A stretch of 32,000 bases of DNA. It comes from Candidatus Saccharimonadota bacterium. GTDB taxonomy: Bacteria > Pseudomonadota > Gammaproteobacteria > Enterobacterales > Enterobacteriaceae. The DNA lies in the NCBI RefSeq assembly GCF_004296475.1, contig NZ_AP018162.1, positions 60,001 through 92,000 of the forward strand, in the 5' to 3' direction. Under the pieces are notes generated by a model. That model was not told the DNA's origin. It searched no databases and was given only the letters and a program-made list of their open reading frames with translations. Numbering within the stretch: the stretch's first letter is position 1; every line of letters begins with the position of its first letter. Made by a program: the position numbers and the translations under genes. This document shows, piece by piece, positions 18,522-27,759 of this stretch.

Positions 18522-18868
18522 TGACACGTGTAAAATCATCTGTTGTATCTCATTTAAAAAAAAAAAAAATATTAAAACAAGCTAAAGGATATTATGGATC
18601 TAGATCTAGATCACATAGAATAGCTAATCAATCTATAATAAAATCTGGACAATATTCATATATACATAGACGTCATAAAAAAAGAAATATGAGAAAATTA
18701 TGGATAATGAGAATAAATGCAGCTTCAAGAGAACATAATTTAACTTATAGCAAATTAATTTTCAAATTAAAAATTAATTCAATAATAATAAATAGGAAAA
18801 TGTTATCAAATATTATATTAAATAATAATGAATATTTTTTAAATTTAATTAAAATTATAAATAATTAA
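18521..18868 (+). CDS. rplT: 50S ribosomal protein L20
   Basis: 115 aa. MTRVKSSVVSHLKKKKILKQAKGYYGSRSR...IANQ...YIHRRHKKRNMRKLWIMRINAA is L20. The start shares 1 nt with the rpmI stop (TAATG). Confidence 0.93.
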   Translation: MTRVKSSVVSHLKKKKILKQAKGYYGSRSRSHRIANQSIIKSGQYSYIHRRHKKRNMRKLWIMRINAASREHNLTYSKLIFKLKINSIIINRKMLSNIILNNNEYFLNLIKIINN

Positions 18869-19872
18869 TGAAATTAGAAAAAAAAATATATGAATTAAAT
18901 AATATATTAGATAAAATTAAGTTTGATTTTTATAAAAAAAAAATTTCAAATTATGAAGAATTTAAAATATTTAAATCTAAATATATAGGTAAAAATGGAT
19001 ATTTATATAAATATATGAGCAGTAATATATCAGATTTATCTGAAAATGATAAATCTGAAGTAGGGAAAATATTTAATTTGGTAAAAAAAAATATAAATAT
19101 TTTTTTTAATGAAAAAAAAATATTAATAAAAAATAAAAAATTATATAAAGAAAATATTGATTTTTTATTTCCTAGTATAAAAAACAAAATAGGAAATTTA
19201 CATCCTATAAATATAGTTATAAATGATATAAAATTTTATTTTAAAAATTTAGGATATAACATTTATATTGGAAATGAAATAGAAGATTATTTACACAATT
19301 TTGATTATTTAAATATACCTAAAGATCATCCATCTAGAAATAAAAGTGATACATTTTGGATAAATAATTTTAAATTATTAAGAACCCATACATCTAGTAT
19401 ACAAATAAGATATTCATATATAAATAATAAAATCCCAATAAATATATTATCATATGGAAAAGTTTATAGAAAAGATAAAGATAAAACTCATTCTCCTATG
19501 TTTCATCAAATTGAAGGATTTAGTATAGATAAAAATATAAATTTAATAAATATGAAAACAATATTGACTAATTTTATAAACTATTTTTTTAAAAAAAAAA
19601 TGAAAATTAGATATAGAATATCATATTTTCCTTTTACTGAACCTTCAATAGAAATAGATATTTTTTTTAATAGAAAATGGGTAGAAATATTAGGATGTGG
19701 AATAATTCATACTAATGTTTTAGATAAAATGAAAATAAATAGTAATAAATATTCTGGATTTGCATTTGGTATGGGAGTAGAAAGATTATTAATGATTAAA
19801 TATAAGATAAATAATTTAAAAACTTTATTCGAAAATGATTTAAATTTTTTAAGTCAATTTTCTTTTATATAA
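18868..19872 (+). CDS. pheS: phenylalanine--tRNA ligase alpha subunit
   Basis: 334 aa. HPINIV, DHPSRNKSDTFWI, LLRTHTSSIQIR, GKVYRKDKDKTHSPMFHQIEGF, SYFPFTEPSIEIDI, EILGCGIIH and SGFAFGMGVERL are class II PheS motifs. Confidence 0.93.
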   Translation: MKLEKKIYELNNILDKIKFDFYKKKISNYEEFKIFKSKYIGKNGYLYKYMSSNISDLSENDKSEVGKIFNLVKKNINIFFNEKKILIKNKKLYKENIDFLFPSIKNKIGNLHPINIVINDIKFYFKNLGYNIYIGNEIEDYLHNFDYLNIPKDHPSRNKSDTFWINNFKLLRTHTSSIQIRYSYINNKIPINILSYGKVYRKDKDKTHSPMFHQIEGFSIDKNINLINMKTILTNFINYFFKKKMKIRYRISYFPFTEPSIEIDIFFNRKWVEILGCGIIHTNVLDKMKINSNKYSGFAFGMGVERLLMIKYKINNLKTLFENDLNFLSQFSFI

Positions 19873-19891
19873 GAATTTAAAATCTAATATA

Positions 19892-22111
19892 ATGAAATTT
19901 AGTGAGAATTGGATAAAAGAATTAATTAAAGATTATAATAATTTAGAATTATTTAGTAAATCTACATTAGAAATAAATAATATTATTAAAATAAATAAGA
20001 ATAATAATATATATAAAGCAATAGTAGGAAAAATATTAAAAATAAAAACTAATATAAACAATATAATATTATATATAGATATAGGTTTTAAAATAATAAA
20101 AAAAATATACTTAAATAATAAAAAATATATTTTAAAAAAAAATGATAAAATTATTATTTTATGTAAAAAAAATAATATAAATATTAATTATATAATATAT
20201 AGTTCAAATATTATAAATAATAGAGAAAAAAATTCAATAATAAAATTAAATAATAGTAAATTTAATATAGGTGAAAATTTAATAAATTTAATAGATATTA
20301 ATGATAATATAATAGATATTATTATACCACATAATAGAAAAGATATAAATAGTATCTATGATATTATTAAAGAATTAAATTTAATCCCTCCATTAAAATT
20401 TAATACTATTGTTAGTAAAAATAAATTGAACATAGATAGTAAACTTTATAATATATATGGATTCAAAATTATAAATAATATATATATAAATAATAATTAT
20501 TTTACCCCAATTTTTATACAAGAAAGATTAATAAAAAGTGATATAAAAATTGAAAATAATTTAATAAAAAATATAGCAAATTATATTATTATAAAATATG
20601 GATATCCAATAGAAATATTAAGCTTATCTGATACTGAAGTTAAAAACATATGTTTAAAATTTGATAAAAATAATATTTTATCATTTTTTAATATAAATAA
20701 CGATTTATTGTCAATAGTAGGATTAAGTAATAAAAATTTTTCATTGAATAAAATAAAAAATAATATATTAATAATATGTATAGAATTTAAAAAAGATATT
20801 ATAGATAATAATATAAATAAATATATAAATAAAAATAAATTTATAATAAATTTATATAAAAAAAAAATAGATATAGATATATTAAACTTAATATTTGAAG
20901 ATTTTATAAATATAATAAATTTAATTCTTAATAAAAGTTATAATTTAAATATAGATATTATAAATAATAATATAAATAGAAATTTTATTATATTAAAAAA
21001 AAGTACTATAAATAAATATTTCGGATTTAAGATAAATTTAAATAAATTATTAGAAATATTTAATAAATTAAATTTCAAATTTTATATTAAAAAAAAATAT
21101 TATAAAATATATCCAAATATAAATAGAATAGATATAAAAAAAGAAGAAGATATAATAGAAGAAATACTAAAATGTTATGAATATAATAATATTCCTATAG
21201 AATATAAATATATTAATAATAATTATTATATAAATAATATAGATAAAATAAAAAATTTTTTAATTTATTCAGGATATAATGAAATTATTTCATATAGTAT
21301 GATAAATTTTAATATAAATATATTTAAAGATAAATTGATATATATAAAAAATCCTATATCTAATGATATGTCAATATTAAGAAATTCTTTAATATATGGT
21401 CTAATTAAAACAGCTAAATTTAATATAAATAGACAACAAGAATATATAAAAATATTTGAACATGGAGTTTGTTTTAAATATTCAAATAATAATAGAATAA
21501 TAGAAGAACAAAAAATATCTGGATTAATATACATAAGTGATAAATTTATATATAACTATAATATTAAAAAATATAATTATAATTTTAATAATTTAAAAGG
21601 AGAAATAGAAATTATTTTAAATATATTAAATATATATTATAATTTTAAAATAAGTTCAGAAAATGAATTAATAAATGGATTAGATATTATAAAAAAAAAT
21701 AAAAAATTAGGATATTTTGGATATATTAAAGATTCAATATTAAATCATTTTAATTTAAATAAATATAAAATAATGATATTTGAAATAAAATTATTATTTT
21801 TAGATAAAAAAAAATTTAATATAAATAATATATATAAATTTCCAATAAATAAAAGAGATTTATCAATTTTAATTAAAGATAATATTAATATAGAAGAATT
21901 AATTGATAAATGTAAATTAGTTGATATCAATATAATTGATGTATTTTTAATAGATATATTTAAAAATTTAAAATTAGAAAAAATATTAACAATAAGAATA
22001 TTAATACAAGGTAATAAATTTACTTTAAGTGATATAGAAATAAATATTATTATAAATAAATGTATTTTAATGTTAGAAAAAAAATTTAAAATTAAAATAA
22101 ATAATGTTTAA
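19892..22111 (+). CDS. pheT: phenylalanine--tRNA ligase beta subunit
   Basis: 739 aa (E. coli 795), directly after pheS. The N-terminus MKFSENWIKELI matches PheT (MKFSELWLREWV). IIPHNRKDINSIYDIIKEL resembles the PNRxDxLSxxGxARE block, and a later block NPISNDMSILRNSLIYGLIK resembles NPLSxExSxMRxSLxPGLL. Otherwise highly divergent. Confidence 0.85.
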   Translation: MKFSENWIKELIKDYNNLELFSKSTLEINNIIKINKNNNIYKAIVGKILKIKTNINNIILYIDIGFKIIKKIYLNNKKYILKKNDKIIILCKKNNININYIIYSSNIINNREKNSIIKLNNSKFNIGENLINLIDINDNIIDIIIPHNRKDINSIYDIIKELNLIPPLKFNTIVSKNKLNIDSKLYNIYGFKIINNIYINNNYFTPIFIQERLIKSDIKIENNLIKNIANYIIIKYGYPIEILSLSDTEVKNICLKFDKNNILSFFNINNDLLSIVGLSNKNFSLNKIKNNILIICIEFKKDIIDNNINKYINKNKFIINLYKKKIDIDILNLIFEDFINIINLILNKSYNLNIDIINNNINRNFIILKKSTINKYFGFKINLNKLLEIFNKLNFKFYIKKKYYKIYPNINRIDIKKEEDIIEEILKCYEYNNIPIEYKYINNNYYINNIDKIKNFLIYSGYNEIISYSMINFNINIFKDKLIYIKNPISNDMSILRNSLIYGLIKTAKFNINRQQEYIKIFEHGVCFKYSNNNRIIEEQKISGLIYISDKFIYNYNIKKYNYNFNNLKGEIEIILNILNIYYNFKISSENELINGLDIIKKNKKLGYFGYIKDSILNHFNLNKYKIMIFEIKLLFLDKKKFNINNIYKFPINKRDLSILIKDNINIEELIDKCKLVDINIIDVFLIDIFKNLKLEKILTIRILIQGNKFTLSDIEINIIINKCILMLEKKFKIKINNV

Positions 22112-23339
22112 CATAAAAAAAATAAGATATCAATTTCCTATATTTAAAATATTTGATGATGAAAAAATAATATATTTAGATAATGCTTCTACTACACATA
22201 AACCTAAATGTGTAATAAAAGAAATGAATGATTTTTATTTAAAAGAATATTCGTCAATAAAGAAAGGGATATATGATTATAGTATAAATAATACAGAAAG
22301 GATAGAAAATATAAGAAAAAATATTTCATATTTTATAAATTCTAAAAATTATAGAGAAATAATATTTACTAAAGGAACTACAGAAAGTATAAATTTAATA
22401 GTAAATACATTAGGTAGAAAAATACTATCTAATAATAATAATATTTTAATATCAATATCTGAGCATCACTCAAATATAGTTCCATGGATTAATTTATCTA
22501 AAGAAATTAAATATGAAATAAGATTTATTGAATTATTAAATGATGGTAATTTAAATTTAGATAAAATGTTATCTCTTGTAGATAAATATACTAAAATAAT
22601 ATCTATAACTCAATTATCTAATGTATTAGGTATAGAGAATAATATAAAAAATATAATAAAAATTTTAAGATCATTAAATAATGATTTATTTATAATAGTA
22701 GATGGAACTCAATATATAACTCATAATAAAGTAAATGTACAAGATTTAGACTGTGATTTTTATATGTTTTCTGGTCATAAAATATATGGACCTACAGGAA
22801 TAGGTATTCTTTATGTAAAAGAAAAAATAATATCAAATCTTCCTATTTGGCAATCAGGTGGATCAATAATAAAAAATATAAATATAAATAATAATAAAAT
22901 AGATTATATAGATTATCCATGGAGATTTGAACCTGGATCAATAAATGCTGCTAGCATAATAGGACTAAATTCAGCAATAAATTTTATAGAAAATATAAAT
23001 TTTATAAATATAATAAAATGGGAAAAATTACTAATTAATTATCTAATAAATCTATTAAAAGAAAATTTTAAAGATATAGAAATATATGGTGAAAATAAAA
23101 ATAAAATAAGTATAATATCATTTAATATTAAAAAGATTAATAATTTTGATATAGGAACAGTATTAAATAAAAATAAAATATATATAAGAACTGGTAATCA
23201 ATGTGCAATACCATTAATGAATTTTTATAACATAGATGGATTATGTAGAGTATCAATATCTATATATAATAATTTCAATGATATAAATACATTTATAGAT
23301 AAATTAATATATACTGTATATATTTTAAAAAAGATATAA
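22104..23339 (+). CDS. sufS: cysteine desulfurase, group II (SufS)
   Basis: 411 aa. YLDNASTTHKP, FSGHKIYGPTGIGILYV (PLP lysine) and IRTGNQCAIPLMNFYNIDGLCRVSISIYN (active-site Cys) align with E. coli SufS. Followed by sufE. Overlaps pheT by 8 nt. Confidence 0.88.
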   Translation: MFNIKKIRYQFPIFKIFDDEKIIYLDNASTTHKPKCVIKEMNDFYLKEYSSIKKGIYDYSINNTERIENIRKNISYFINSKNYREIIFTKGTTESINLIVNTLGRKILSNNNNILISISEHHSNIVPWINLSKEIKYEIRFIELLNDGNLNLDKMLSLVDKYTKIISITQLSNVLGIENNIKNIIKILRSLNNDLFIIVDGTQYITHNKVNVQDLDCDFYMFSGHKIYGPTGIGILYVKEKIISNLPIWQSGGSIIKNININNNKIDYIDYPWRFEPGSINAASIIGLNSAINFIENINFINIIKWEKLLINYLINLLKENFKDIEIYGENKNKISIISFNIKKINNFDIGTVLNKNKIYIRTGNQCAIPLMNFYNIDGLCRVSISIYNNFNDINTFIDKLIYTVYILKKI

Positions 23340-23348
23340 ATAATTATA

Positions 23349-23756
23349 ATGTTAATATATTCTTTAAAAAAAGAATTTAATAAAGTATTATTTTTAAATA
23401 AATTGAAATTAATAAATGAATGGGAAGATAAATTTAATTTAATATTAAATAATGAAAAATTTTTATATAAAATGTCTAAATATATGATTATTAATAATAA
23501 TATGTTAAAAACATGTAGTAATAATATTTGGATAAATTTAAAAGTAAAAAATAATATAATATTTATGTATGGATATAGCAATTCAATTATTGTAAGAGGA
23601 TTGCTAAGTATAATATTTATATTTTTTAATAAAAAAAAAAATATTATTAATATAAATAATTTTAATGTTTTTATAAAAAAAATTAATTTTTTTAAAAACT
23701 ACAATATTATATATAATATATTTGATTTTATAATATTAAAATTAAGTAAAATTTAG
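23349..23756 (+). CDS. sufE: cysteine desulfuration (sulfur acceptor) protein SufE
   Basis: 135 aa. NEWEDKFNLIL, LKTCSNNIWINL (acceptor Cys) and SNSIIVRGLLSIIF align with E. coli SufE (ANWEEKYLYII, IQGCQSQVWIVM, SDAAIVKGLIAVVF). The csdE paralogue cannot be excluded by eye. Confidence 0.75.
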   Translation: MLIYSLKKEFNKVLFLNKLKLINEWEDKFNLILNNEKFLYKMSKYMIINNNMLKTCSNNIWINLKVKNNIIFMYGYSNSIIVRGLLSIIFIFFNKKKNIININNFNVFIKKINFFKNYNIIYNIFDFIILKLSKI

Positions 23757-24580
23757 TCTTTTTCATAAAATTTATTTATTAAATTAATAGGATTTGGCAT
23801 TTTGTTATGCCAAAATAAACATGAAAATGCAGCCTGACAGATTAACATTCCTAATCCATCTGATACAAATTTAGCACCATTTGATTTACACCATTTTATA
23901 AATGGAGTTTCATTTTTAGTATCATAAAATAAATCATAATATTTTGTTTTACTATTTACTATTTTTTCTGATATATTAGGTATTTTATTATCTATGCCAG
24001 AAGATGTTGAATTTATTACAATATCAAAATTGTAATTATATATTTTATCATATGGCATTACATCTATATATATATTTTTTTTATAAAACATATTTTTTAT
24101 ATTTTCAGATTTATCTATTGTTCTATTAGTTAATAATATATTACATTTATTTTTTATTAATGATGGTATAATTCCTTTAGAAGCTCCTCCAGAGCCTATT
24201 ATTAAAACTTTATTAATATTATTTTTAATAAAATTTAATCTTTTTAAATCATATAATAAACCTAATCCATCTGTATTTTCTCCTATTATTTCTCCATTAC
24301 TATTTTTTTTTATCGTATTTACAGACTCAGAAAGTTTAGCATTTTCAGTAAGTAAATTACATAAATTGAAAGCCCTTTCTTTAAATGGGATAGTAATATT
24401 TGCTCCATTATTACCATTTTGTAAAAAAAAATTTATAAAATTAGGCTCAAAATCATTTGTATCTAAAATTTCATATAAATAATAAAAATATTTTATATTT
24501 ATTTGATTAGAAAAAAAATTATGTATATATGGAGATTTACTGTGTTTAATTGGATTTCCGAATAATACAAAATTGTTCAT
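23753..24580 (-). CDS. aroE: shikimate 5-dehydrogenase
   Basis: 275 aa. FGNPIKHSKSPYIHNFF, GANITIPFKERAF, VNTI, GENTDGLGL, IIGSGGASKGI, INSTSSG and DGLGMLICQAAFSCLFWH align with E. coli AroE. Divergent from def as in E. coli (intervening genes absent). Confidence 0.9.
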   Translation of the reverse strand: MNNFVLFGNPIKHSKSPYIHNFFSNQINIKYFYYLYEILDTNDFEPNFINFFLQNGNNGANITIPFKERAFNLCNLLTENAKLSESVNTIKKNSNGEIIGENTDGLGLLYDLKRLNFIKNNINKVLIIGSGGASKGIIPSLIKNKCNILLTNRTIDKSENIKNMFYKKNIYIDVMPYDKIYNYNFDIVINSTSSGIDNKIPNISEKIVNSKTKYYDLFYDTKNETPFIKWCKSNGAKFVSDGLGMLICQAAFSCLFWHNKMPNPINLINKFYEKD

Positions 24581-24606
24581 ATAATATACTCAATTTTAAT
24601 TTTTTA

Positions 24607-24652
24607 TAAAAATTTATTATAATTTATCCTATTAATTAAAAATTTATTATAA
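24607..24652. repeat. two exact 16-bp direct repeats TAAAAATTTATTATAA, 30 bp apart, in the aroE/def divergent spacer
   Basis: Read directly: copies at 24607-24622 and 24637-24652. Function is unknown. They lie in one of only four divergent promoter-containing spacers in the window. Confidence 0.6.
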
Positions 24653-24663
24653 AAGTTACTATA

Positions 24664-25176
24664 ATGTCAATACTAAAAATATTACTATATCCCGATAATA
24701 GACTAAGAAATAAAGCTGAATATGTTAATTCTATAGATAATAATACACAAATTATAATAAATAATTTATTAGATACTTTATATTATAATAAAGGAATAGG
24801 ATTATCTGCAACACAAGTTAATATACATAAAAAAATAATAGTATTAAATATAGAAAAAGAAATAATATTAATAAATCCCGAATTAATATATAAAAGTAAT
24901 GAAAAAATAGATTATATAAAAGAAGGATGTTTATCAATACCTAATATATTTTATTCTGTTCCAAGATATAAAACAATAAAAATAAAAGCTCTAGATAGAA
25001 ATGGTAATAAATTAATTATAAATTCAAAAAATAATTATTTATTATCTATATGTATACAACATGAAATTGATCATTTAAATGGTAAATTATTTATAGATTA
25101 TTTATCTGAATTAAAAAAAAGCATAATTTTTAGAAAAATAAATAAATATATAAAAATAAATGATATTAATAAATAA
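24664..25176 (+). CDS. def: peptide deformylase
   Basis: 170 aa with the three PDF motifs GIGLSATQV, EGCLSIP and QHEIDHLNG. Confidence 0.94.
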   Translation: MSILKILLYPDNRLRNKAEYVNSIDNNTQIIINNLLDTLYYNKGIGLSATQVNIHKKIIVLNIEKEIILINPELIYKSNEKIDYIKEGCLSIPNIFYSVPRYKTIKIKALDRNGNKLIINSKNNYLLSICIQHEIDHLNGKLFIDYLSELKKSIIFRKINKYIKINDINK

Positions 25177-26104
25177 AAAAATAAATATAATTTTTGCTGG
25201 ATCTGAACAATTTACAGTAAATAATTTAAATTATTTAATTAAATTTAATAGATTTAAAATAGTTTGCATATTTACTAAACCTGATTGTAAATTAAATAAA
25301 ATAAATCCTGTAAAAAAATTCGCAATAAAAAATAATATAAAATTTTTTCAACCTAATAATATAAATAATATTTATTATTATAATATAATAAATAATTTAA
25401 ATATAGATATAATTATAGTATCTTCATATGGTATTATATTAGATAAAAATATATTAAATATACCAAAATATGGATGTATAAATGTACATGGATCAATATT
25501 ACCCAAATGGAAAGGACCTGCTCCTATATATTGGACTATATTATCAGGTGAACAAGTATCTGGCATTACTATAATAAAAATGAATGAAAAAATAGATAAT
25601 GGAGATATAATTTTTCAAAAATATATAAAATTAAAAAAAAACGAAACTTATATAAATCTATACAATAGATTATCTAAATTATCATCTTATGGATTAGTAT
25701 TTATATTAAATAAAATTTTATATAACAATTTATTACCTATTAATAAAATATTTAATATTAAATTAAGTAAATATTATTTAATAGAAAAAAAATATGCTAG
25801 AAAAATAAATAAAAATGATTTAGAAATAAATTTAAAAGAAAAAAATAAAAATATATATAAAAAATTTAAAGCATTTATAGAAAAAAAATGTTTTTTTTAT
25901 TTTAAAAACATAAAAATAAATATAATAAAATATAAATTAATTAATAAAAATAAAAATTTAATAGAAAAAAATATTTTTATTAAAAATAAAAAAATATATA
26001 TAAAAACATTAGATGGATTTTTAGTATTAACTAAAATACAGTTTATAAATAAAAAACCTATTTATGTAAGCAATATGATTAAAACTAATAATATTTTTAA
26101 ATAA
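25160..26104 (+). CDS. fmt: methionyl-tRNA formyltransferase
   Basis: 314 aa. IIFAGSEQF, INVHGSILPKWKGPAPIYWTILSGEQVSGITIIKM and DNGDII are Fmt motifs. def-fmt-rsmB order is conserved. Overlaps def by 17 nt. Confidence 0.92.
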   Translation: MILINKKINIIFAGSEQFTVNNLNYLIKFNRFKIVCIFTKPDCKLNKINPVKKFAIKNNIKFFQPNNINNIYYYNIINNLNIDIIIVSSYGIILDKNILNIPKYGCINVHGSILPKWKGPAPIYWTILSGEQVSGITIIKMNEKIDNGDIIFQKYIKLKKNETYINLYNRLSKLSSYGLVFILNKILYNNLLPINKIFNIKLSKYYLIEKKYARKINKNDLEINLKEKNKNIYKKFKAFIEKKCFFYFKNIKINIIKYKLINKNKNLIEKNIFIKNKKIYIKTLDGFLVLTKIQFINKKPIYVSNMIKTNNIFK

Positions 26105-26105
26105 A

Positions 26106-27404
26106 ATGTTAGATAATTATTCTACATGTATTTTAATAATACGAGATGTATTTAATAAAAATATATCATTTAAATATAAAATTAATTGTATAAAAAAAAA
26201 AATAAAAAATAATTATGATTTTTTATTTATAAAAAATATATGTTTTTCTATAATAGAAAATATAGATGTATTAAAGAAAATTTATAATATTATGGTAAGT
26301 AAATGTTTAATAAAAAACAGAATAAAAAACAAAAGTATTATATATTATATATTAATATTAGGTATATATAATATATATTATACAAACATTCCAGATTATT
26401 ATATAGCATATAATTTAGTTGAAAGCACTAAGAATCTAAATATAAATATATATAAATTTATAAATTATATAATAAGATTGTTTTTAATAAATAAAAATAA
26501 ATATTTAAATATTTTTAAAGAAAATAAATATAAAATAAAAAATAGTAATAATTTTATAATAGAAAAAATAAAATCATATTATCCTAATAATAATATTTTA
26601 AATATAAAAAATAAAGATTTTGTATGGTTAAGAATAAATAGATTATTAATAAATAAAAGTAAATATATAAATATATTAAATAATAATAATGTTAAATTTA
26701 TAGAAAATAAAAATATTGATTACTCAATATTAATAAATATTAAAGAAAATTATAAAATTATATTATCAGGGCTTAATAAAGGATTAATAAGTATACAAGA
26801 TATATCATCACAAGAATGTATTATATCTTTAAATCCTAAAAATAATGAATATATACTAGATATGTGTTCATCTCCAGGATTAAAGGCTTCTCATATAATA
26901 GAATTAGCACCTTTTTCAAATTTAACATTAATAGATATAAATAATAAAAGAATAAATCTTATAAATGATAATTTTAATAGATTGAAAATTAATAAAATAA
27001 GCAAAAATTTTAAAATTTTAAATGAAAATTCAATTAATTTAAATAAAAGTTATAATAATTATTTTGATAAAATAATATTAGATGCTCCATGTTCATCAAC
27101 TGGAATAATACATAAAAATCCAGATATTATTTTTAATAAAAGTGAATCTAAGTTTAATGAATTAATTAAGATTCAAAAAGATTTATTAAATTCAGCATGG
27201 ATATATTTAAAAAAAGGAGGAATTATGATATATAGTACATGCTCAATCCTTTTAGAAGAAAATATATATCAAATAACTAATTTTTTAAAAGAAAATAAAA
27301 ATGCAATATCATTATTAAATGATAATAATAAACCAGGAAAACAAATAATTCAAAAAGAAAATTTTTGTGATGGATTTTATTACGCAAAAATATATAAAAA
27401 TTAA
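26106..27404 (+). CDS. rsmB: 16S rRNA (cytosine967-C5)-methyltransferase
   Basis: 432 aa. ISIQDISSQ, LDMCSSPGLKASHI, ILDAPCSSTGIIHKNPDI and GGIMIYSTCSI are RsmB/NOL1-NOP2-Sun motifs. Follows fmt as in E. coli. Confidence 0.9.
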   Translation: MLDNYSTCILIIRDVFNKNISFKYKINCIKKKIKNNYDFLFIKNICFSIIENIDVLKKIYNIMVSKCLIKNRIKNKSIIYYILILGIYNIYYTNIPDYYIAYNLVESTKNLNINIYKFINYIIRLFLINKNKYLNIFKENKYKIKNSNNFIIEKIKSYYPNNNILNIKNKDFVWLRINRLLINKSKYINILNNNNVKFIENKNIDYSILINIKENYKIILSGLNKGLISIQDISSQECIISLNPKNNEYILDMCSSPGLKASHIIELAPFSNLTLIDINNKRINLINDNFNRLKINKISKNFKILNENSINLNKSYNNYFDKIILDAPCSSTGIIHKNPDIIFNKSESKFNELIKIQKDLLNSAWIYLKKGGIMIYSTCSILLEENIYQITNFLKENKNAISLLNDNNKPGKQIIQKENFCDGFYYAKIYKN

Positions 27405-27405
27405 T

Positions 27406-27756
27406 TTATACAAATTCAATTATAGCTATTAAAGCATTATCTCCACTTCTATATTTATACTTTATTATTCTAGTATAACCTCCATTTCTATTTATAAATT
27501 TTTTTCTTAAGTTATCAAATAATTTAAATAAACTAAATTTACTTCTTAATAAAGAAAATGCCAATTTCCTATTATTAAAATTATCAATTTTAGATAAATT
27601 AATTATTGGCTCTATAATTTTTTTTAATTCCTTTGCTTTATTTAAAGTAGTTTTAATTTTTTCATATTTTATTAATGAATTACACATATTTCTAAACATT
27701 AATTTATAATGACTTCTAGTTCTATTAAAATGCTTAATAGATTTCATATGACGCAT
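27406..27756 (-). CDS. rplQ: 50S ribosomal protein L17
   Basis: 116 aa. MRHMKSIKHFNRTRSHYKLMFRNMCNSLIKYEKIKTTLNKAKELKKIIEPIINLSK matches L17. Confidence 0.94.
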   Translation of the reverse strand: MRHMKSIKHFNRTRSHYKLMFRNMCNSLIKYEKIKTTLNKAKELKKIIEPIINLSKIDNFNNRKLAFSLLRSKFSLFKLFDNLRKKFINRNGGYTRIIKYKYRSGDNALIAIIEFV

Positions 27757-27759
27757 ATT

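Noticed and set aside
18951-19187. 78-aa minus-strand ORF inside pheS
   Set aside because: Shadow ORF antisense to pheS, with a low-complexity product.
21265-21534. 89-aa minus-strand ORF inside pheT (and the 61-aa one at 21745-21930)
   Set aside because: Shadow ORFs antisense to pheT, with no independent support.
23225-23581. 118-aa antisense ORF spanning the sufS/sufE junction
   Set aside because: It lies entirely opposite two well-supported genes. In that antisense phase, stops arise only when a Tyr/His/Gln codon follows a T/C-ending codon, so a long open stretch is plausible by chance. The product is low-complexity and hydrophobic (I/L/F/N) with no recognisable motif.
25378-25566. 62-aa minus-strand ORF inside fmt
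   Set aside because: Antisense to the conserved Fmt catalytic block (HGSILPKWKGPAPI). Shadow ORF.
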